64,000 bases of DNA from Soonwooa sp. (GCF_030151385.1 NZ_JASLDS010000045.1:19945-83944), one strand, 5' to 3'; shown: positions 31,230-40,309, numbered from the stretch's first letter. Made by a program: numbers and translations. The notes: generated by a model from the letters alone, not told the origin.

Positions 31230-31292
31230 TTGATTTTTTTGCGCCTTTATAAACGAAAAAATTAGTTTTGACTTGCGCCTTTGCGTTAAAAA
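31230..31292 (-). repeat. Repeat family D, half copy
   Basis: Reverse complement ttttaacgcaaaggcgcaag...cgtttataaaggcgcaaaaaaatcaaagatttt matches the left arm at 36381-36452. Confidence 0.7.
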
Positions 31293-31293
31293 A

Positions 31294-31764
31294 CTATCCT
31301 ATCCCTTTTAAATCTTCAATTTCGTTGAGTAGCTCTTGCATCGGTTTTACTCGCAATGCTTGAGAAACTGGAATGCTCTTAATTTTCCCATCGGCCTTTA
31401 CAACTGCTAACAATTCTACATGAATGAGGATTCTGGTGTAATACATTTTGCGCAATTCAAAACTTTGAATATCCTGAAACGGAAAAACCAACGGCTTCTT
31501 AAATTTAGAATAAAGCAACTCCAAAGATTCTGGTTTATCGCCATTCATTATGATTTTTGGACCGCCTTTGCGAGCTGTTTTAGCGAAAATAAATCCTAAC
31601 AGCAAAACGACCAAAATGCCTATTCCCGTTTTTTTATAATCGCTCCAAATGACCATTGCAAGCGCAATAAAAACCCATAAAACAACAATTATTACAGCAA
31701 AACCCATAAATTGTTTCACGTCATAATCTTTTCCGTTGGGAATTAAATATTTATAGTTTTTCAT
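31294..31764 (-). CDS. 2-TM membrane protein with C-terminal soluble domain (paralogue 1)
   Basis: Two hydrophobic helices, beta-rich domain, C-terminal MQELLNEIEDL. Confidence 0.8.
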   Translation of the reverse strand: MKNYKYLIPNGKDYDVKQFMGFAVIIVVLWVFIALAMVIWSDYKKTGIGILVVLLLGFIFAKTARKGGPKIIMNGDKPESLELLYSKFKKPLVFPFQDIQSFELRKMYYTRILIHVELLAVVKADGKIKSIPVSQALRVKPMQELLNEIEDLKGIG

Positions 31765-31769
31765 TTCGA

Positions 31770-32018
31770 TTAAGATTTCGAATTATCGTTTTCATTCAAA
31801 TTAATTCCATTTGAAATTTTCACTGCGATAAATTCAAAACCACAATAAGCGCAATGTGTGATACCATCTTGCTGAGCTCGAGCAGCACCGCAATTCGGAC
31901 AATCTTTAATGGACAAAGAAGCCGATTTGTCTTCCATTTTTCCACCATAGACTTCTTGCGTTTTTGCCTTTTTTTTCATCTTTTCGATGAAGGAATTCAC
32001 TTTCTTATCTTCCGCCAT
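31770..32018 (-). CDS. Small zinc-ribbon protein
   Basis: CPNCG...CAYCG; tight spacing with downstream gene. Confidence 0.8.
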   Translation of the reverse strand: MAEDKKVNSFIEKMKKKAKTQEVYGGKMEDKSASLSIKDCPNCGAARAQQDGITHCAYCGFEFIAVKISNGINLNENDNSKS

Positions 32019-32053
32019 TTTTTAATAAATTAGAATTAATTTTGACTGCACCC

Positions 32054-32240
32054 AACCTTAATATTTCTTAATCAAAATAAACGAAGTTTATTCTTGCTAA
32101 ACATTAAGAAATTTAGAAAATCAAGCCGTTTATTCTTTAAGAAATCAATAAATTGATTTTTTTTAAGGTATTTAAGAACATGTCTTTCAAAAAATCTTAA
32201 TTTGACTTCGTCGAACCTTAAGGTTTCTTAATGTTTAAAA
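32054..32240 (+). repeat. Palindromic repeat family A, copy 2
   Basis: aaataaacgaagtttatt hairpin, aaacattaagaaa...tttcttaatgttt; direct repeat of 33238-33425. Confidence 0.85.
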
Positions 32241-32260
32241 TATTTCATTTTTTTTATGAC

Positions 32261-33196
32261 TTAAAGTTTATCCAACAATTCAGATTTCTTGGTTTTGTAT
32301 TCGTCTTCCTCGATTAGACCATTGTCGAAAAGCTTTTTTAGTTTCAATAATTTTGCTTCAATATCGTCCTCGGCGGGTTTATTTTGCTGTATCTGATTCA
32401 TCATCATTCCCATTGCAACGGCGTTTGTCGTAGCTTCATTGAGTGCGGTGCCTTTTTCGCCGATGGCTTGCGCTTGATTGAATTTGGTAAATTTATCCAT
32501 GTCGGTTACCATATTCATGTTCGTGATTTTGTCGTAATGTTTGGTCACTTCTTCGGGAAGCGTCACGCTGGTAATCACGAATTGCGTTAATTCTAAACCG
32601 AAAGATTCAAAATAAGGAGCGAGAAAAGGCAGAACTTTTTTGCCCAAATCGGTGATGTTTCCCGCAACATCGGTAACCGTAATATTTTCATTCGCCAAAA
32701 CCTCAGCAAATTTTGGCGCTATAAAATCTCTCAACTCATATTGCAATTCAAAAACCGTAAACTGCGGGTAAGCCCCTGCATAATTTCTGAAAAAAGTGGG
32801 AATATCTTTAATTCTAAAATCAAAACTACCAAAAGCACGAACCCTAATTTGCCCAAACTGCGGGTCATTCATCAAAACTGGTGCTGGCGTTCCCCATTTG
32901 TTATTGACAAAATTTCGCGTATTGATGAAGTAAACATCCGCTTTGAAAGGACTTTTAAATCCATATTTCCAACCTTTCAGTTTGCTTAAAATTGGAATAT
33001 TTTCGGTGCTTAATTCGTGTAAACCAGCATAAAAAACATCCGCCAACTGACCTTCATTGAGAAATAAAACCGCCTGACTTTCGCGAACCGTAAGCTGGGC
33101 ACCGTTTTTAATTTCCTTGTCGGCATCGGCATATTTCCACATCAAAAGATTGGGGTCTGGCGTTGTCTCTTCTATAATTTCGATGAATACACTCAT
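32261..33196 (-). CDS. SPFH (YdjI-like/Band_7_1) protein with C-terminal SHOCT
   Basis: GAQLTVRESQAVLF, LSTENIP, SPFKADVYF, KWGT, RAFG; LLKLKKLFDNGLIEEDEYKTKKSELL. Confidence 0.9.
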   Translation of the reverse strand: MSVFIEIIEETTPDPNLLMWKYADADKEIKNGAQLTVRESQAVLFLNEGQLADVFYAGLHELSTENIPILSKLKGWKYGFKSPFKADVYFINTRNFVNNKWGTPAPVLMNDPQFGQIRVRAFGSFDFRIKDIPTFFRNYAGAYPQFTVFELQYELRDFIAPKFAEVLANENITVTDVAGNITDLGKKVLPFLAPYFESFGLELTQFVITSVTLPEEVTKHYDKITNMNMVTDMDKFTKFNQAQAIGEKGTALNEATTNAVAMGMMMNQIQQNKPAEDDIEAKLLKLKKLFDNGLIEEDEYKTKKSELLDKL

Positions 33197-33237
33197 TTTT
33201 TAGTTTTTTTATAGTTTAGAGTTTGTTCAAAATTTTT

Positions 33238-33425
33238 AACCTTAATTACCTTAATCAAAAATAAACGAAGTTTATTCCTTCTTTAAACATTAAGAAACCT
33301 TAAGGTTCGACGTAGTCAAACTTAGAAAATCAAACCGTCTATTTTTTTAAGAAATCAATAAATTGATTTTTATTAAGATTTTTAAGAGCACTTTTCATGA
33401 AATCTTAATGCCTTAATGTTAAAAA
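33238..33425 (+). repeat. Palindromic repeat family A, copy 3
   Basis: Collinear with 32054-32240 over ~185 bp. Confidence 0.85.
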
Positions 33426-33474
33426 TATTTTGGACTAAAATTTAAATAAGATTTTAAAACAGATAATCAGTAAA

Positions 33475-33990
33475 TTAAGGATTAACCTGTCCTACTAACT
33501 CATTGATTTTGCTTAAAATTTCATTTTCGTACAAATCGGCTTTGGCAATACTTTTCTTGGAATCCCCGAAATACTCGCTGATTTTGTAGCTTTTAATTAA
33601 ATGTTTTCTCTTTTCGCCGATGGCATACGCCCAACCTTCGTTGTCGGAACTCGTAAAAAGCACCATTTTATCAAGGTCGAACAATGCCTTATTTTTAACA
33701 AAGAAATTCGATTTGAAAACTTTGTTCTGACCAGCATCAAACGTATAATAAATAGGAATCCTGAACAGCAATTCTTTCAACATCCACAAAACGATTAAAA
33801 TCGTTAACGTAGAAGCGATGATTAAAACATATTCTGGCATTCCGTTGCGGTAATACAAGCAAACCAAACCGATGACAACCAAAGCCAAAACATACCATTT
33901 CAAACCTTTTTTGTAATAATTATAAGGTTGAAGACTCAAGGTTTTGTAGCTTTCATCAACGTTGTATTTATCTTTAATATTGTTTTCCAT
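33475..33990 (-). CDS. 2-TM membrane protein (paralogue 2)
   Basis: Two TM helices followed by beta-rich domain and C-terminal helix ILSKINEL. Confidence 0.78.
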   Translation of the reverse strand: MENNIKDKYNVDESYKTLSLQPYNYYKKGLKWYVLALVVIGLVCLYYRNGMPEYVLIIASTLTILIVLWMLKELLFRIPIYYTFDAGQNKVFKSNFFVKNKALFDLDKMVLFTSSDNEGWAYAIGEKRKHLIKSYKISEYFGDSKKSIAKADLYENEILSKINELVGQVNP

Positions 33991-34039
33991 TTTTGTTTTG
34001 GTTTACTTTTTTTAATGAAAATCTTTGATTTAAATAGGT

Positions 34040-34492
34040 TTATTCGCGACCCATTATTTCGTCAACCTCGTTGAGAATATTTTGCATGTGCGTTTTGCTA
34101 ATGCCTTGCGCCACTTTCATCACTTTTTCTTTGCCTTTATCATTAAGGTAATAAAGGTTGAGAACCACACTCGAACGAATAAAATTAGTAGTCGTTGTCA
34201 GCATTTCGAAAGTGATAATCTTATCAAAAGGTACTTCTCGACTTTGCATATAAATCCCTTGTCTCAGGTTGATAACTTTATGATTGGTGTCGATTTGAAA
34301 CTTGTCCGTAAACAAGGTGATGATAATCATTACACTTAATAAAGCAAAAACTGCCACCATCCACTTAATATCAACCTTCCAGAATACCCAACATAAACCG
34401 ATCAACATAAGGACAATTGCAGATTTTACGATGTATTGAGGTTTAAAGGAGTACGAGCTTCCCTCTTGTGAAAAATATTTGTACTGATTCAT
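34040..34492 (-). CDS. 2-TM membrane protein (paralogue 3)
   Basis: MNQYKYF...SYSFKPQ, two TMs, C-terminal MQNILNEVDEI. Confidence 0.8.
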   Translation of the reverse strand: MNQYKYFSQEGSSYSFKPQYIVKSAIVLMLIGLCWVFWKVDIKWMVAVFALLSVMIIITLFTDKFQIDTNHKVINLRQGIYMQSREVPFDKIITFEMLTTTTNFIRSSVVLNLYYLNDKGKEKVMKVAQGISKTHMQNILNEVDEIMGRE

Positions 34493-34493
34493 T

Positions 34494-34670
34494 TTATTTA
34501 TTTTTATTGTAGATTACTATTCCGCTTACGAGAACGACCAAAGCGACAGCGATTAGCGGCCATTCGCCATACGAGAACAAAAATTCGGTTTCTTGGGCTG
34601 GTCCCATTTTAAGACATACGACTAACGCAAATCCGATAATCATAAGGACGATTCCTAAAAGTTTTTTCAT
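34494..34670 (-). CDS. 58-aa two-TM small protein (not in ORF track)
   Basis: MKKLLGIVLMIIGFALVVCLKMGPAQETEFLFSYGEWPLIAVALVVLVSGIVIYNKNK; stop lies 1 nt before the next ATG. Confidence 0.8.
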   Translation of the reverse strand: MKKLLGIVLMIIGFALVVCLKMGPAQETEFLFSYGEWPLIAVALVVLVSGIVIYNKNK

Positions 34671-34740
34671 AATTCTTAAATTTTAATTAGTTTTCATTTA
34701 ATTTCCCAAAGCGTATTCGGAAAATAATCATAATGTGTTT

Positions 34741-35304
34741 TTAATTAGGATATTCTAAAATCTCGTATTTAATATTGTGTTTATCAGCGTAAGGAAAAAT
34801 CAAATCATGCGCTTTATTGAATTTCTCATCAATAATTTTTCCTTTTGTGCTTTGCAATTCTTCAATCGCTGCATCAATTTCTTGGTCGCTTTTTCCCTCA
34901 TCAATCATTTTGGCAATGCGCAACATATCGGTTTTGTAAACTTCTTCGGAATATTTAAAAACATCCAAACTCGCCTTTTGCATTGGTCGTGTTTCGTCAT
35001 CTACATTAAGTTTGTTGAGCGCTTCAATTTCTTTTTTGAACATCGTAGGATACATATTTTGAACATATTCTTCCGCCGAAACGCCTTTCTTTACTTCATT
35101 ATTTGGCGTTACATAAGTCAAACTTCCATTTTTATATTGCGCTCGGATTTCTTTAAAATGTTGACTAAACTTGTAAGGAATTTTATTCAAGCTCAAACCA
35201 CAAACTTCAAAAGTTTTCTCTGGGTCAATACCATTCGGACTACAAGAAATCACCGTAAATCCTAAAAAAAGTAGCAAGAGGTAACAAAATTTATTTTTCA
35301 TCAT
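34741..35304 (-). CDS. Helical lipoprotein of unknown function
   Basis: Lipobox-like VISC after hydrophobic stretch. Confidence 0.8.
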   Translation of the reverse strand: MMKNKFCYLLLLFLGFTVISCSPNGIDPEKTFEVCGLSLNKIPYKFSQHFKEIRAQYKNGSLTYVTPNNEVKKGVSAEEYVQNMYPTMFKKEIEALNKLNVDDETRPMQKASLDVFKYSEEVYKTDMLRIAKMIDEGKSDQEIDAAIEELQSTKGKIIDEKFNKAHDLIFPYADKHNIKYEILEYPN

Positions 35305-35306
35305 TT

Positions 35307-35687
35307 TTATTTATTAATAATTTCGTTGTACTCCTTTATTCTCTTTAAATGCGGTCTTACCATCGTCAAAAACACGAAGAGCGCCATCGCCACACAAGCT
35401 CCAACAAATCCCCATTTCCCAATGATTGAATACATCGAAAAAGCCGTTTGATTTCCAAAAGATTTGTTCATTGCGGCTTCTGGGATAACATTTCCGTAAA
35501 TCTTTTCTAAAGCATTAAACTTCAACAAACTTCGGACAGCAACAAACACGAAAAAAGCAACAATAAAACTGTATATCATCGCTTTGGATTGACTAAACTG
35601 CTTTAACTTTTTAATGGCGTCTTTGTTATTTTGCGCACTTCCATCGTAGGTGTGCAAACTTCTTTGGTCTTGGTCTAAATTTTCCAT
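35307..35687 (-). CDS. 2-TM hypothetical membrane protein
   Basis: Start placed at MENLDQ, 4 nt after the upstream stop; two hydrophobic segments. Confidence 0.75.
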   Translation of the reverse strand: MENLDQDQRSLHTYDGSAQNNKDAIKKLKQFSQSKAMIYSFIVAFFVFVAVRSLLKFNALEKIYGNVIPEAAMNKSFGNQTAFSMYSIIGKWGFVGACVAMALFVFLTMVRPHLKRIKEYNEIINK

Positions 35688-35691
35688 AAAA

Positions 35692-36066
35692 TTATTTTTT
35701 CGTGATAAACATGAGGTAAGCCAAAAGCCCAGCAAACATCAAAACAATGAATAAAAAAGTGCCCCAAATAATGTACAACCACCCAAAACGATATCTGAAA
35801 GGCAACTTGTATTTTGTCTTTTCCTGCTCGAAATAGCTTTTGATTTCAGGCGTCCATTCATCCAAAGTCAACATTCTTTTTGTTGGCATTTCATAGACGT
35901 AAGCATATTTTTTTCCGAGTGGACCAGAAGGGAGTTTTCCAAAAAACATCGCCGCATAACCTTGACAAATATCCATATTCAAAGGCGCTCCATTTGTTGA
36001 TTTGAATGGAAGTTCTTGGGTCGCAAAATGATACTCGTACTTGGTAATTGAACTATATATAAACAT
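35692..36066 (-). CDS. C-terminally anchored hypothetical protein (first gene of cluster)
   Basis: 124 aa, C-terminal TM. Confidence 0.75.
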   Translation of the reverse strand: MFIYSSITKYEYHFATQELPFKSTNGAPLNMDICQGYAAMFFGKLPSGPLGKKYAYVYEMPTKRMLTLDEWTPEIKSYFEQEKTKYKLPFRYRFGWLYIIWGTFLFIVLMFAGLLAYLMFITKK

Positions 36067-36218
36067 CTTTTGAAACTTTAATAGAATAAAATATTTTCCT
36101 CATCCCACATTTTTTAGAATTAAATTAAAGTCTCGTTTTATAAATTTTAAGACTTCAATTGTTCTAAAATTGCTTTGACCAAATTTCTGTATTATTTTTC
36201 CCTGAAACTATTTTTCAC

Positions 36219-36273
36219 CTACTACAAAACAGCTACTCACGATTTTTTTTAGCTACTACAAACCGACTACAAC
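36219..36273 (-). promoter_or_regulatory. Putative operator: tandem direct repeats upstream of the SPFH cluster
   Basis: ctactacaaa at 36219 and 36253 (34 bp period), each followed by a second ctac 14 bp later. Confidence 0.5.
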
Positions 36274-36381
36274 AATCAACTAACCACGATGAATACAGTG
36301 TTTAAAAAATGGAATGAAAATCATTTCAAAAAACATCGCTTTGATGCAGTTCAATAATTTTGAATAAATAATTGTGGGAGT

Positions 36382-36642
36382 TTTAAACACAATGGCGCAA
36401 GAAAAATTAAATTTTAGACGTTTTATAGGGCGCAAGAAAATCAGAGATTTTCATTTTATATTCTAAAATTTATAAAGGTGATTTTTTGAAGAACTTTGAT
36501 TTTCTTTGAAATCTTAATTTGACTTCGTCGAACCTAAAGGTTTCTTAATGTTAAATAAAACGTAGAAGATCTATGGAAAATAATTTCCTTGCGCCTTAAT
36601 AGCAATATAGAAAAACAAAAACTTTGCGCCATTGCGTTTAAA
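36382..36642. repeat. Repeat family D full copy containing a family A arm
   Basis: Outer IR tttaaacacaatggcgcaa/ttgcgccattgcgtttaaa; inner IR ggcgcaagaaaat/atttccttgcgcc; family A arm at ~36508-36555. Confidence 0.8.
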
Positions 36643-36892
36643 TTAATCAAATCAAAAATTGTTGCGATAGGCATTTTCAACCAAAAGCAATCGATATTGG
36701 CATAAAATTCTCATCTTAATTTACGCTCTTAAAATTGATTTCAAGTCAAAATAAAGAAGTCAGATTGTCAATTTTGATTCTTATTTAAAATCAATCTTAA
36801 TAACAAGCTAAAATGAAATAAGTTCTAAATAATCACTAATTTTAAAACTCATTTCTAAAACATTTCAACGTATAATATTAAAAAATTAAAGT

Positions 36893-39163
36893 ATGATTTT
36901 TGACCTTGATATGATCAAAAAAGTGTATGAGCGTTACCCAGAAAGAATCGCTGCTGCGAGACAAGTTGTGGGAAAACCGTTGACACTTGCTGAGAAAATT
37001 CTTTATGCTCACCTTTGGGAAGGCAATGCTTCACAAGCTTATGAAAGAGGAAACTCTTATGTAGATTTTGCACCAGACCGCGTAGCAATGCAGGATGCGA
37101 CGGCGCAAATGGCGTTGTTACAATTTATGCAAGCCGGAAAAGCTAAGGTTGCAGTTCCATCTACAGCACATGCCGACCACCTTATCCAAGCGAGAGTTGG
37201 TGCAGCAGCAGATTTACAAGAAGGAATAAATAAGAACTCGGAGGTTTTCAGCTTCTTAAGTTCTGTTTGTGATAAATACGGAATCGGTTTCTGGAAGCCA
37301 GGAGCGGGGATTATTCACCAAGTGGTTTTGGAAAACTACGCTTTCCCTGGCGGAATGATGATTGGTACCGACTCGCACACCGTGAATGCTGGTGGTTTGG
37401 GAATGGTAGCCATCGGTGTTGGTGGTGCTGACGCTGTTGATGTAATGGCTGGAATGGCTTGGGAACTGAAAATGCCAAAATTAATCGGTGTTAAATTAAC
37501 TGGTAAAATGAATGGATGGACTTCTGCGAAAGATGTTATCCTAAAAGTTGCTGGAATTTTAACGGTTAAAGGAGGTACAGGTTGCATCGTAGAATATTTC
37601 GGAGAAGGAGCGCAATCGCTTTCTGCAACTGGAAAAGGAACGATTTGTAATATGGGAGCAGAAATCGGTGCTACGACTTCTACTTTCGGTTACGACGATT
37701 CTATGAGAAGATATTTGGCTGCAACTGGAAGACAAGATGTTGTTGATGCTGCTGATAAAGTGGCTGAACATTTAACTGGTGATGCTGAAGTTTACGCAAA
37801 TCCTGAACAATATTTCGACCAAGTTATTGAAATTGACCTTTCTACACTTTCACCACACCTTAACGGACCTTTCACGCCAGATTTAGCGACGCCTGTTGCA
37901 GAATTTAGAGCAAAAGCGGAAGCTAACGGATGGCCTTTGGAAGTAGAATGGGCATTAATCGGTTCTTGTACCAACTCCTCTTATGAGGATTTATCAAGAG
38001 CAGCTTCTATCGTTGAGGATGCCGTTGCTAAAGGTGTTAAACCAAAAGCAATTTTAGGAATCAACCCAGGTTCTGAGCAAGTGAAATTCACGGCGGAAAG
38101 AGATGGTTTCTTGGATTCATTTAGAAAATTCGAGAATGCAAGAATCTTTACCAACGCTTGTGGGCCTTGTATTGGACAATGGGACAGAGAAGGTGCTGAC
38201 AAAGCTGAGAAAAACTCAATTATCCACTCTTTCAACAGAAATTTTGCAAAAAGAGCTGATGGAAACCCAAATACGCACGCTTTCGTAGCTTCTCCAGAAA
38301 TGGTTGCTGCGGTTGCGATTTCAGGTAGATTAGATTTTAACCCAATTACTGATACGTTAACAAATCAAGCTGGTGAGCAAGTAAAATTAGACGAGCCAAA
38401 AGGTTCTGAACTTCCAGAAAAAGGTTTTGCAGTAGATGATAACGGTTACCAAGCGCCGTCAGCAGATGGTTCTAGTGTTCAAGTTGTAGTTAGTCCAACT
38501 TCGGACAGACTTCAGTTGTTAGAGGAGTTCCCAGCTTGGGATGGTCTTAATATTACTGGTGCTTTTGTTTTGATTAAAGCTTTTGGCAAGTGTACAACCG
38601 ACCATATTTCTATGGCTGGGCCTTGGTTGAAATACAGAGGTCACTTGGATAATATTTCCAACAATATGTTGATAGGCGCAGTAAACGCTTACAACATGGA
38701 AACCAACAAAGTTAAAAACGAATTAACTGGTGCTTACGGAGAAGTTCCTGCCGTACAGAGAGCTTACAAAGCGGCTGGCGTTCCGTCAATTGTTGTTGGT
38801 GACGAAAACTATGGTGAAGGTTCTTCAAGAGAGCATGCTGCAATGGAGCCAAGACATCTTGGTGTGAAAGCGGTTTTGGTAAAATCTTTCGCGCGTATCC
38901 ATGAAACAAACCTTAAAAAACAAGGTATGCTGGGTCTTACATTTGCGGACAAAGCAGATTACGACAAAATCAGAGAAGATGACGTTGTGAACTTCTTGGA
39001 TTTGGATCAATTTGCGCCAGGAAAACAATTGACTTTAGAATTCGTTCACAATGATGGAACTAAAGATATTGTTATCGCAAACCACACTTACAACGAGCAA
39101 CAAATTGATTGGTTCAAAGCGGGTTCTGCCTTGAATTTAATTAAAAGAATGGAGGCGAATTAA
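36893..39163 (+). CDS. acnA: Aconitate hydratase (mitochondrial-type AcnA)
   Basis: [51 protein letters not shown]. Confidence 0.96.
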   Translation: MIFDLDMIKKVYERYPERIAAARQVVGKPLTLAEKILYAHLWEGNASQAYERGNSYVDFAPDRVAMQDATAQMALLQFMQAGKAKVAVPSTAHADHLIQARVGAAADLQEGINKNSEVFSFLSSVCDKYGIGFWKPGAGIIHQVVLENYAFPGGMMIGTDSHTVNAGGLGMVAIGVGGADAVDVMAGMAWELKMPKLIGVKLTGKMNGWTSAKDVILKVAGILTVKGGTGCIVEYFGEGAQSLSATGKGTICNMGAEIGATTSTFGYDDSMRRYLAATGRQDVVDAADKVAEHLTGDAEVYANPEQYFDQVIEIDLSTLSPHLNGPFTPDLATPVAEFRAKAEANGWPLEVEWALIGSCTNSSYEDLSRAASIVEDAVAKGVKPKAILGINPGSEQVKFTAERDGFLDSFRKFENARIFTNACGPCIGQWDREGADKAEKNSIIHSFNRNFAKRADGNPNTHAFVASPEMVAAVAISGRLDFNPITDTLTNQAGEQVKLDEPKGSELPEKGFAVDDNGYQAPSADGSSVQVVVSPTSDRLQLLEEFPAWDGLNITGAFVLIKAFGKCTTDHISMAGPWLKYRGHLDNISNNMLIGAVNAYNMETNKVKNELTGAYGEVPAVQRAYKAAGVPSIVVGDENYGEGSSREHAAMEPRHLGVKAVLVKSFARIHETNLKKQGMLGLTFADKADYDKIREDDVVNFLDLDQFAPGKQLTLEFVHNDGTKDIVIANHTYNEQQIDWFKAGSALNLIKRMEAN

Positions 39164-39184
39164 TTTCGGTTTTCCTTAAATACT

Positions 39185-39210
39185 AAACCACTCTTTTTAG
39201 GGTGGTTTTT
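39185..39210 (+). terminator. Intrinsic terminator after acnA
   Basis: aaaccactct/agggtggttt stem plus T tract. Confidence 0.75.
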
Positions 39211-39235
39211 TAATTTTCATTAAATAATACTTATC

Positions 39236-40309
39236 CTAATATTCACTTATAAAAATCTGAAACTTTCCATAATACAAAGCTTGAGGAGCATTGGAAATGT
39301 TCATCAAATAAACTTTAATTGTATTGGTTGAAATCAACTTGGAAGAAACAACCGTGAAATTAGAATCAAAGCCAGAATCTGGATTTACTGATACAATCGC
39401 TTGTGTTGATGTTGGCTGACTAGCAGCCGGAATACTAATATCTACTGAAACCACTTTACCACTTTCAACTCCAGAAAATGTCATTGACGTAGAACTATTA
39501 AAAGCAAACTGATTTTTTTGCACATTCCCTTTTGGTCCTAACTTTACATTCCCGCTAACATCCAATTTGGCATTGACATTGGGAGCACTAGTTCCAATTC
39601 CGACATTGGCATTTATACCACCCAAAACAACGGCATTTGCCTGACTTGTAGAAGCACCATAACCTAAAGCCGTGGAAAACTGTCCCGTAGCCGAAGCTCC
39701 CGAACCAATTGCAGTAGAGTTTTGGTTTGCTGTTGTTGTATTAATTCCTACAGCTGTCTCATTATTAGAATTTGTTTTTGCATTAAATCCCATAGCAATC
39801 GACTGATAGCCTACAGCATTTGCATTTTCACCGATTCGAATATCACCAAGGACACCAAATCTTTGGACAACTTTAGCGTTCGCTTTAAATACCAAATCGT
39901 CATATGAAGAAGTCCCAAATGACAAATTAGTACCCGCTCCTCCATTATTACCTACATTGCTCCCAGATGAAGTCCAAGCTCCCGTGCTCGAACCACCGCT
40001 TCCTACAACCGCATTCCATTTTCCATCCCAATAATAAAAACCTTTAGTGGACAAACCACTTTCACCGTTATTCCACACCAATAAACTTGTCGCAGGAGAA
40101 GGTACTGTTGTAATATCATTTACTGACGTAAGATTAACCCTTGGAATAAGTAAACCTTTGTTGTTACCATAGACATCCAATGCCGCAGATGGATGAAAAG
40201 AAGCTGTATTAATTCCAACTTGCGCATTAAAACTTATAGTTATAAATAACAGAACAAGAAAAATTGATTTTTTTATGGTGTTTCTTTCGAAAAAATTAAG
40301 TGTACTCAT
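39236..40309 (-). CDS. Secreted surface fibre-like protein with YadA-head-like repeats
   Basis: AQVGINT...AALDV...GLLIPRV flavobacterial N-terminus; ~14-residue SIAMG/TAVG/STAIG/STALG repeats. Confidence 0.75.
   Translation of the reverse strand: MSTLNFFERNTIKKSIFLVLLFITISFNAQVGINTASFHPSAALDVYGNNKGLLIPRVNLTSVNDITTVPSPATSLLVWNNGESGLSTKGFYYWDGKWNAVVGSGGSSTGAWTSSGSNVGNNGGAGTNLSFGTSSYDDLVFKANAKVVQRFGVLGDIRIGENANAVGYQSIAMGFNAKTNSNNETAVGINTTTANQNSTAIGSGASATGQFSTALGYGASTSQANAVVLGGINANVGIGTSAPNVNAKLDVSGNVKLGPKGNVQKNQFAFNSSTSMTFSGVESGKVVSVDISIPAASQPTSTQAIVSVNPDSGFDSNFTVVSSKLISTNTIKVYLMNISNAPQALYYGKFQIFISEY

Noticed and set aside
32054..33425. CRISPR array or composite transposon
   Set aside because: No regular repeat-spacer period, no cas gene and no transposase ORF
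27372..36642. Integron cassette array (AAC...GTT hairpins resembling attC)
   Set aside because: No integrase in the window, most gene junctions lack a repeat, orientations are mixed, and the ends fit RYYYAAC/GTTRRRY poorly
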